A stretch of DNA of 63,907 nt, counting the filler, from Gemmatimonadota bacterium (GTDB lineage Bacteria; 4572-55; J002): assembly GCA_003697105.1 (NCBI GenBank). It is 5 parts of 5 records of this genome, joined end to end, with 100 filler letters (N's around TTAATTAATTAA, not from the genome) between each part and the next. Parts side by side here need not be neighbours in the genome. Positions count along the whole stretch, not along the records: positions 41,915 to 61,157 come from RFFQ01000020.1; positions 61,258 to 63,907 come from RFFQ01000124.1; 3 more parts are not named here. One strand, written 5' to 3'. Position numbers and translations under genes: made by a program. The notes under the pieces were generated by a model that ran no database searches, was not told the origin of the DNA, and saw only the letters and a list, made by a program, of their open reading frames with translations. Shown one piece after another: positions 56,797 to 63,907 of this stretch. Positions within the stretch are counted from its first letter, which is position 1; each line of letters starts with the position of its first letter.

Positions 56797-57936
56797 TTAT
56801 TCAAACTCATCATCCGAACGCAAAACAAAAATTTGCCCGCCTTCGGAATCCAAAATCATCTTTGCCCGTTCTAAATGCCGCCGAATCCGCAAATCGATAT
56901 ACATATTGTTAATCTTAGACATCACATACCAAATATCATCCATGGTTAAACCATAGGTTTCAATAATGTTCATAATTTCTTTGGTAGCAGCATCGAGTGC
57001 CGCGGAAACCTCAACCTTATTGGCGTAATTTGGGCGGCTGGTGCTAAGATGAAGGCTATCGTCCGGTTCCTCCTCTGCAATGTGGGTTGGTTCTGGCGGG
57101 GGGGGGGCTGGTGTGGGTGCATAAAATGGCTCGGGTTCCGGGTGAACCGTAGGGCTTTCAGCACTCGATGATGACTCAAAAAAGGAGGGATTGATCCCGA
57201 CGTCAATTTCCCCATCTTCGGTTGTTACAGGCGGAGGCGGCATGGTGGGTGTTTCCATAACTTCGGTATCAAAGGTGGGCATCGGGGGTTGTTTTTCAAG
57301 GTCACTTTTTTTGGTAATTTTGCGCCGGCCGGCAGTTGCCATGTTTTCAAAACCTTTTTCATTGAAACGCTGAATCATCATTTTCGAGATGGTTTTGAGT
57401 GTTGACATCACCCCCTTGCCCTCTTTAGCGATGGCTTCAATGGCAGGCACATTTGTCGGATTCAGTTCTTCCTGAAGTCGATGAACAGATAAAATATTTT
57501 TCAGGTCTCGTTTGTTATATTGAATAACCCACGGCATTTCATCGAGATTAAACCCATGTTCGGACAGGTTTTCTCGAAGGTTCTTCATACTATCAATGTT
57601 TTCTTTCAGTTGTTCCGTCTGGGAATCCGCAATAAAGACAACGGCATCTGCACCTTGCAACACGATCTTCCGAATCCGGTTATAGCGCACCTGACCGGGA
57701 ACGGTGTATAACTGGAATTTGGTTTTGTAGCCTTGAATCGTTCCTAAATCAATGGGTAGCAAATCAAAAAATAAGGTTCTATCGCCCTCGGTGGAGGCGC
57801 TCACCATTTTTCCGCGGCGCGTCTCATCCATATGATCATAAATGTACTGCAAATTGGTGGTTTTACCGGATAAACCGGGCCCGTAATAAACGATTTTGGC
57901 GATCACTTCTTTTGCGGCATTATTGATCATCACCAT
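56797..57936 (-). CDS. mglA: MglA-family small GTPase with long C-terminal extension
   Basis: KIVYYGPGLSGKTTNL, DRTLFFD, LYTVPGQ, QYNKRD; followed by a Pro/Glu-rich linker and a helical tail. Confidence 0.85.
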   Translation of the reverse strand: MVMINNAAKEVIAKIVYYGPGLSGKTTNLQYIYDHMDETRRGKMVSASTEGDRTLFFDLLPIDLGTIQGYKTKFQLYTVPGQVRYNRIRKIVLQGADAVVFIADSQTEQLKENIDSMKNLRENLSEHGFNLDEMPWVIQYNKRDLKNILSVHRLQEELNPTNVPAIEAIAKEGKGVMSTLKTISKMMIQRFNEKGFENMATAGRRKITKKSDLEKQPPMPTFDTEVMETPTMPPPPVTTEDGEIDVGINPSFFESSSSAESPTVHPEPEPFYAPTPAPPPPEPTHIAEEEPDDSLHLSTSRPNYANKVEVSAALDAATKEIMNIIETYGLTMDDIWYVMSKINNMYIDLRIRRHLERAKMILDSEGGQIFVLRSDDEFE

Positions 57937-57966
57937 AATCAGCATTCCTTATGCGGAAGGTGTGTT

Positions 57967-60279
57967 TTAGGTTGCTTTTTTCCGCCCACCCCGGCGGCGA
58001 TTTTTCTTTTCCGGGGCGGCGGCGATGAGTTCTTGGCAGGTTTCCAAGGTCAAACTTTCCGGCTCGGTACCTTTGGGTATCCGGGCATTCTTGTTTCCAT
58101 CGGTGATGTAAGGTCCGTAGCGGCCGCGGAGTACCTGAATCGGGCTATCCTCAAACGTTTTGATAACTTTGTTCGCCTCGGCTTCTTTCTTTTCGGCGAT
58201 CAATTCCAATGCCCGTTCACGCGTGATGGTATAGGGGTCATCGTCTTTTTTCAGGGATGCAAATTTATTTCCAAACCGGACATAGGGTCCATAACGCCCG
58301 ATGTTGACCGAGATGGGTTCTCCTTCATCCGTCTCTCCTAATTCCCGCGGTAATTTGAACAAGTGGAGCGCCTCTTCCAGAGTGATCGTTTCCATGCTCA
58401 TATCGGGCGGAATACCGGCGAACCGGGGTTTTTCTTCATCATCTTTGGTGCCGATTTGGACTACGGGACCAAACTTTGCCATCCGCACACTCACCGGCTT
58501 GCCGGTTTTGGGGTCTTCTCCTAAAATGCGGTCTTGAATGAGTTCTGTGCGCGAAAGATTGCTTTTTTCCTCCACTTGGGTATGGAACTCACGCCAAAAA
58601 TCTTGCATGACGGGGACCCAATCCCGTTCCCCCCGTGAGATTTCATCAAGTTCATCTTCCAATTCGGCAGTGAACTCATAATTGACATATTGGTTGAAAT
58701 GTTCGGTTAAAAATGCGTTGACCACACGTCCCACATTGGTGGGGCGGAATCGCTTATTTTCCAGTTCGACATAATCCCGGGCAAGCAAGGTGGAGATAAT
58801 CGAGGTATATGTGGAAGGGCGCCCGATACCGTATTCCTCCAATGATTTGATCAAACTGGCTTCCGTGTAACGTGGCGGGGGTTTGGTAAAGTGCTGTTCG
58901 GCTCGAATATCCTTCAGCTTGACCCGTTCTCCCGATTTCAATTCCGGCAACATATTTTGCTCATCGGATTCTTTGGTTTCATCCAACCCCTCTTCGTAAA
59001 CTTCCAAGAAACCGGGGACGGCGACTGATGACCCCGTAGCCCGAAACGTGTTACCTGCCCCACAGGCAAAATTGACAGCAACCGTGTTTATCACCGCATC
59101 GATCATCTGGCACGCCACGGTACGCTTCCAAATCATATCATACAACTTAAATTGATCGCTCGAAAGGTGCGCTTTAATCTCCTCTGGTACCCGCATGACC
59201 GATGTAGGGCGCACCGCTTCGTGGGCTTCCTGAGCATTTTTAGTTTTGGTTTTGTACACATTCGGTGTCTTCGGTACTTTTTCATCACCATAGCGATCTG
59301 CGATGAGGTCTCGGATTTCCCGTACCGCTTCATCGGCGATAGCCACGGAATCTGTACGCATGTAGGTGATAAGACCCACAGCACCGTCACCAATATCAAT
59401 ACCTTCATACAGTTGTTGTGCCACCCGCATAGTACGTTGAGCAGTAAAACCGAGCTTGCGCGAGGCTTCTTGTTGCAAAGTGGAGGTGGTAAATGGCGCA
59501 GACGGACGTCGTTTGCGCTTTTTCTTTTCTACCGAAACCACTTCGAGCGTGCCATCCGCCTCTTGCAATAATTTGGCTCTTACGGTTTCCGCCTGCCCTT
59601 CTTCACCGATACTGAACTGCTCTATTTTTTCTCCTTCAAATTCGATCAACTTGGCGATGAAATCCCGGCGGTCTTTATTGAGGTCCGCTTCGATGGTCCA
59701 ATATTCTTGGGGGACAAATGCCTCGATCTCCATTTCCCGTTCCACAATCATGCGCAATGCGGGGCTTTGCACCCGACCCGCTGAGAGACCGCGCTTGATT
59801 TTGCGCCAGAGCAATGGGGATAAATTGAACCCGACGAGATAATCCAATGCCCGGCGGGCTTGCTGGGCATTGATCAAATCTTCCGATAGTTGGCGCGGGT
59901 TGGCAATCGCTTCCTCAATCGCACTTTTGGTGATCTCATGAAACACAATCCGGTAAACCGGTGTCCCGTTCAGTAAGTTTTTGGCTTTCAAAATCTCGTA
60001 AACGTGCCACGAAATGGCTTCCCCTTCCCGGTCGGGGTCGGTTGCCAAATAGAGTGCTTTGGCGTTTTTTACAGCGTCACAAATGGCATCAATATATTTT
60101 TTATTCTTTTTAATGATTTCATATTTCATCGAGAAATCATCGGTGTTGACCGCACCTTGTTTGGGCACTAAATCCCGCACGTGCCCGTACGATGCCATCA
60201 CCTTAAAATCTTTTCCTAAATATTTGTTAATGGTTTTTGCTTTTGCTGGTGATTCGACAATAACTAATGATTTTCCCAT
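57967..60279 (-). CDS. topA: DNA topoisomerase I with Toprim C-terminal repeats
   Basis: LVIVESPAKAK, DPDREGEAI, SAGRVQS, ITYMRTDS, GIGRPSTY, GRYGPY repeats. Confidence 0.97.
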   Translation of the reverse strand: MGKSLVIVESPAKAKTINKYLGKDFKVMASYGHVRDLVPKQGAVNTDDFSMKYEIIKKNKKYIDAICDAVKNAKALYLATDPDREGEAISWHVYEILKAKNLLNGTPVYRIVFHEITKSAIEEAIANPRQLSEDLINAQQARRALDYLVGFNLSPLLWRKIKRGLSAGRVQSPALRMIVEREMEIEAFVPQEYWTIEADLNKDRRDFIAKLIEFEGEKIEQFSIGEEGQAETVRAKLLQEADGTLEVVSVEKKKRKRRPSAPFTTSTLQQEASRKLGFTAQRTMRVAQQLYEGIDIGDGAVGLITYMRTDSVAIADEAVREIRDLIADRYGDEKVPKTPNVYKTKTKNAQEAHEAVRPTSVMRVPEEIKAHLSSDQFKLYDMIWKRTVACQMIDAVINTVAVNFACGAGNTFRATGSSVAVPGFLEVYEEGLDETKESDEQNMLPELKSGERVKLKDIRAEQHFTKPPPRYTEASLIKSLEEYGIGRPSTYTSIISTLLARDYVELENKRFRPTNVGRVVNAFLTEHFNQYVNYEFTAELEDELDEISRGERDWVPVMQDFWREFHTQVEEKSNLSRTELIQDRILGEDPKTGKPVSVRMAKFGPVVQIGTKDDEEKPRFAGIPPDMSMETITLEEALHLFKLPRELGETDEGEPISVNIGRYGPYVRFGNKFASLKKDDDPYTITRERALELIAEKKEAEANKVIKTFEDSPIQVLRGRYGPYITDGNKNARIPKGTEPESLTLETCQELIAAAPEKKNRRRGGRKKAT

Positions 60280-60312
60280 GCTAATCCTTCACGGCTGAAT
60301 TCATACTAAATG

Positions 60313-60804
60313 TCAATGAATCTGAGATGAACCTTCGACGAAACTGTCAAAGGTGAGGCGTGAACCCACCTGCGTCAGATTCCACGGATCAAATAAGACG
60401 GAGGCACTGATCAGTTTAATGCCTTCCAGATCAAGTTCTGAGGCATCAGACATCATGGCTCGTTCCATAATCAATTCGGTTTGAGCATCATCAATCAAGC
60501 CCAATTCCCGCAATTGGATCAAATGCCCGAAGGCTTCCCGCGACATCATTAATTCTTCAAACATATTGAGAACCCGGATAGTACGCGGAGTTGGATGGGG
60601 GTAAGCCTGATCCGTTGGATGTTGGTCGGTTGATGCCGGGCGCATCATTTGGAGGAGCCACACCAAAGCGGTGTTAATTTCTTCAGAGGTATATCCCTGA
60701 TCTTCCAGGGACTCGCGCATGGCTTTCACCTCTTCAAGATTTGGAGGGTTGGAATGAAATTGTTCCGAAATTTTTTCCAGCATCTCCATAATTTTATTGA
60801 GCAT
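60313..60804 (-). CDS. smg: Smg / DUF494 family protein
   Basis: L.DQGY..EEIN.AL.WL, R.L...E, GHLIQLRELGLI...ELIMER; upstream of topA. Confidence 0.85.
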   Translation of the reverse strand: MLNKIMEMLEKISEQFHSNPPNLEEVKAMRESLEDQGYTSEEINTALVWLLQMMRPASTDQHPTDQAYPHPTPRTIRVLNMFEELMMSREAFGHLIQLRELGLIDDAQTELIMERAMMSDASELDLEGIKLISASVLFDPWNLTQVGSRLTFDSFVEGSSQIH

Positions 60805-61157
60805 GCACTGAAATCTCCTTACAAAAATAGTTATGATAAGTCCTTAGCAAAGACCAAAAGCGATAACGGCGCTAGAATAACAACCGATCTAAGGTTTGTC
60901 AACGGTTTTGTCTTTGGGGGGCACCTGGACGGAGCAGGAAATCACTAACGCTATCAACAAAGATGCCCAAATTACCCACTTTTTGCTTGCGCTATCTTGC
61001 AGATTATGATATAACTGTTACGTTTTACTTCCCGCTTGTCAATAAAAAAGTAAGAGTTTTTTGAACTGTTTCTTCATTTTTTATAAAAAAGAGTGGATTT
61101 TTACTGAAAAAAGAGCCTTTTTGTCCCTTTTTCCCCTGTTTTCAGGGCAGACGATCC

Positions 61158-61257
61158 NNNNNNNNNNNNNNNNNNNNNNNNNNNNNNNNNNNNNNNNNNN
61201 NTTAATTAATTAANNNNNNNNNNNNNNNNNNNNNNNNNNNNNNNNNNNNNNNNNNNN
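61158..61257. other. artificial contig linker
   Basis: N run with TTAATTAATTAA. Confidence 0.97.
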
Positions 61258-62921
61258 AGGCGGCGAAAGGCATCATTAACATAAAAAATGGTGCCATCCA
61301 GATGAGCTAATCCGATGGGAGTGATTGCCGATTCAATGGCAAAATTTCGTATCCAGAGGGCTTCTTCGGTCTGTTTTCGGGCGGTAATGTCATAATTAAT
61401 GCCGACCAAGCGCACCGGTTCGCCTGCGTCATTTTGGAGTACTTGCGCATATGCCCGGATGTAACGAATATCCCCGTTGGGATGAACGATCCGGAATTCG
61501 GTATCTAACCGGCGAGTGGTGTCAATGGCATCTTGAACCTCTTGTTCCACGCGGTCTAAATCTTGGGGATGTACACTGTTTTGCCATGCCTCATGCGTTT
61601 TGGAATAGGTGGTGGGTTCAATACCATATAATTGGAACATGCGATCATCCCAAATCAACTCATTGGTGAGAAGATTGAAATCCCAAATGCCGATATTTGC
61701 GGATTCAACTGCCAGCGATAGCCGTGTTGTTAGCCCTTTTAGCTGTTGGGTGGCAGTGTGCTGCAGGGTTATATCCTGCCCTAAACTGGTGACGCCGGTA
61801 ATCCGCAGGGATTCATCGTAAACGGCGGTGTTATTCCAATATATCATCCGGCGTTCACCGGATTTCGTCAGAATCTCATTTGTATAGTGACGTGGGAAAT
61901 CTCCACTTTCTAACATTTTTTGAAACACATTTGTTTCCAAACCGGTACGGATTTCCGACGGAATTACCAGATCAAACCAATTTTGCCCAATGACCTCTTC
62001 GCGTGACCAACCGGTAAGGTTCAAAAAATAATCATTGGTGTAGGTGATGTTGCCGGTCCGATCTAACGTGACCACAATCATGTGGACGGTATCCAAGATA
62101 GATTGCAAGCGGCGTTGGGATTGTTGCAGCGCGAGTTCCGCTTTTTTTTGGCTATCGATTTCACGCGAGAATGCCATGACCCACTCGTTGCCATCAATGA
62201 CAATGAATTTGAGTTCCACCTCAACCCAGAACAAGGTGCCATCTCGATGCTTTGCCAGCCATTCAAACCGTTGGACACCTTTTAATTTTGCTTGTTCTAT
62301 GTGATGCAATGCTTCGGCTTGGGAGTAGGGTGGGTAACCGGCACTCAGTTCGCCGACCGTGTGCGCTTGTAATGCTTCCAGAGAATCATAACCAAATAGT
62401 TCAAGCGTCTTTTGGTTTGCGTCCAAAATTGTGCCATTTTGGGCATCATGGATAAAGATGGCAACGGTTGCGTTCTCAAAAATATCACGGTAGCGCTGTT
62501 CGGAGACCTTTCTGCCCTCAATTTCATGTTCCAGTTGTGTCGCCACCTCCTGTAAATACTGTGCTTGCTGATCAACCTGTGCTTCCAAATGACTCTTTTC
62601 ACCGGCTAGCATTTCGGCTTGCAACCGGTTTTCCAGTATCAGGGCAACCATCCGGCATCCGTTACGCAGCAGTGCCATATCCGGTTCAGAGAGTGTTTCG
62701 CTCGTTCCAGAGGGTTGGATACCACCAAACGTATGATGAGCGGTCGCCAGTGGTATAATGGTCTCGGAGTGGTTGACTTCTGGGACGAATTCAAAGGTCA
62801 CTCCATCCCAAAATGAATTGATGGCGTCTAAGAAGGTCGATTTGATTTGATCCCGATTTTTAAGGTGGGACAGCGTTGAAATTAGCAACACCAGATCATG
62901 TTCGAGGTGGTTGGGGGACAT
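61258..62921 (-). CDS. multi-PAS sensor protein (probable histidine kinase), 3' truncated by gap
   Basis: at least three complete PAS/PAC units (YRDIFENA, DRTGNITYTND, GIWDFNL...VHPQD...DITARKQ). Confidence 0.88.
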
Positions 62922-62959
62922 CTATTCACTCCGCTGCTGTTGGAGGGGGTAAAAACTGT

Positions 62960-63345
62960 GACGCGTAGCGGCAAGCCATTCGTCGGGGTGTAGGTAAAAC
63001 GGGTTTTCCATGATGACGCCACTACTGATGGTGAAGGGATGGGTGCGTAAAACATTCATGATCACATCACCGGAAAATTTGGTGATATTGTAGAGGCTAA
63101 CTCAGGGGTTTCCACGAATAAAGTAGTTCAAACGGGATTCATATGCCATCGAATGGTCCACACCGGAGATGGGGTTTAGTGCCCAGATCACTCTACGGAG
63201 CAATAAAGTTGCAAATTTTCATCACGATGGTGTAAAAAGCCAAAGCTAATTTTGTCTTGTTCGGCTTCCGTTTCGTAAAATCTGCAGAAGTGGACGCTCC
63301 AAAACCCAGTTCCAGTCGTTCTGGGTCTGATGTCTTGAGGTACAT
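62960..63345 (-). pseudogene. MEDS-domain gene remnant
   Basis: MYLKTSDPERLELGFG / frameshift / HFCRFYETEAEQD..FGFLH...LQLYC* / WAL..ISGVDHSMAYESRLNYFI..P*..LYNITKFSGDVIMNVLRTHPF...ENPFY.HPDEWL. Confidence 0.8.
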
Positions 63346-63764
63346 GATATGTCACTTTCGTGAACATCCATTGGCATAAACGTGATTTTACCATTGCATA
63401 CTATTTGAACCTTCTAATATTGTCAATAAAAACTTAGTCTTGTACATAATCTTTGACCGCCAGTCTTCACAGCGGTTATGTTCCCTCGGATTGCCGTTTA
63501 TGCTTACTCATCTAGAGTGGCAGGGATTGGGACAATCAACAAGTGACTTTTTCCCGTGTTGGGTTTTTTAATGGTAAGATATTTGCTGAATATTGTTTTA
63601 TTCCTTGACGATTCCGCATTATCGCGTAAATTTTAATGACGATAACGCAAAATGGTGTTGCGGTGTTGTCCATTTTTTGCCACAAATTTGTACAGACTGC
63701 AAATTTCCCAACAGAGCTTACTCACCTCACTCGTAAAACTCACGAAATTTATCTGGAGGATGCT

Positions 63765-63907
63765 GTGAATTTGTTTAATGTGAATTTGTTTAAATGGTTA
63801 TGGATGTTAATAGTTCTGTTCCCTGCGCTCGGTATTGCCCAACCGGCGATCTTGAGTTTTGATCCGGAGACTACCGCTGCTGAAGTAGGGCAGATCGATA
63901 CGGTTTC
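63765..63907 (+). CDS. 5' end of a secreted protein, possibly starting with a cohesin-like domain; runs off the window
   Basis: GGAGGA RBS, GTG start with a 15-bp near-duplication, signal peptide WLWMLIVLFPALGIA, then ILSFDPETTAAEVGQ. Confidence 0.6.
   Translation, partial: MNLFNVNLFKWLWMLIVLFPALGIAQPAILSFDPETTAAEVGQIDTV

Noticed and set aside
63102-63104. In-frame TGA in the MEDS remnant as selenocysteine or recoding
   Set aside because: It falls at a probable Trp position, other disabling lesions are present, and TGA is used as a normal stop throughout the window
1-63907. rRNA, tRNA, prophage or integrase genes
   Set aside because: None recognised by eye; tRNAscan-SE and Rfam searches would be needed to exclude small RNAs

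Overview
Bacterial genomic window from a diderm organism (TonB-dependent receptors, outer-membrane barrels, lipoproteins; the gene repertoire looks FCB-like, which is inference). It consists of five contigs joined by 100-nt N-linkers that contain TTAATTAATTAA (1-16980, 17081-26755, 26856-41814, 41915-61157, 61258-63907), so adjacency across the gaps is not evidence of synteny. Housekeeping genes: folC, scpB, rodZ, priA, gpsA, minCDE, topA, smg, two mscS, a PPIase and tricorn protease. The strongest candidate for an undescribed system is a co-oriented three-gene unit at 41435-29373. It encodes (i) a 2023-aa Toll-like-receptor-shaped protein with five tandem TIR domains (all keeping the putative catalytic Glu), one TM helix, a 14-aa-periodic coiled coil and about 16 WD40 repeats, (ii) a TonB-dependent receptor with an unusual N-terminal extension, and (iii) a beta-propeller/YYY histidine kinase. 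Other accessory features: a degenerate chemosensory cluster (Hpt-less CheA, three CheW, no CheY/B/R), an effector-less NACHT operon, a bacterial cereblon (CULT) homolog, an orphan extended MglA next to minCDE, a RAYT with internal REP repeats, a recurrent AAACTC tandem-repeat leader that abuts start codons, and several internally collapsed pseudogenes. No rRNA, tRNA or CRISPR array was recognised.
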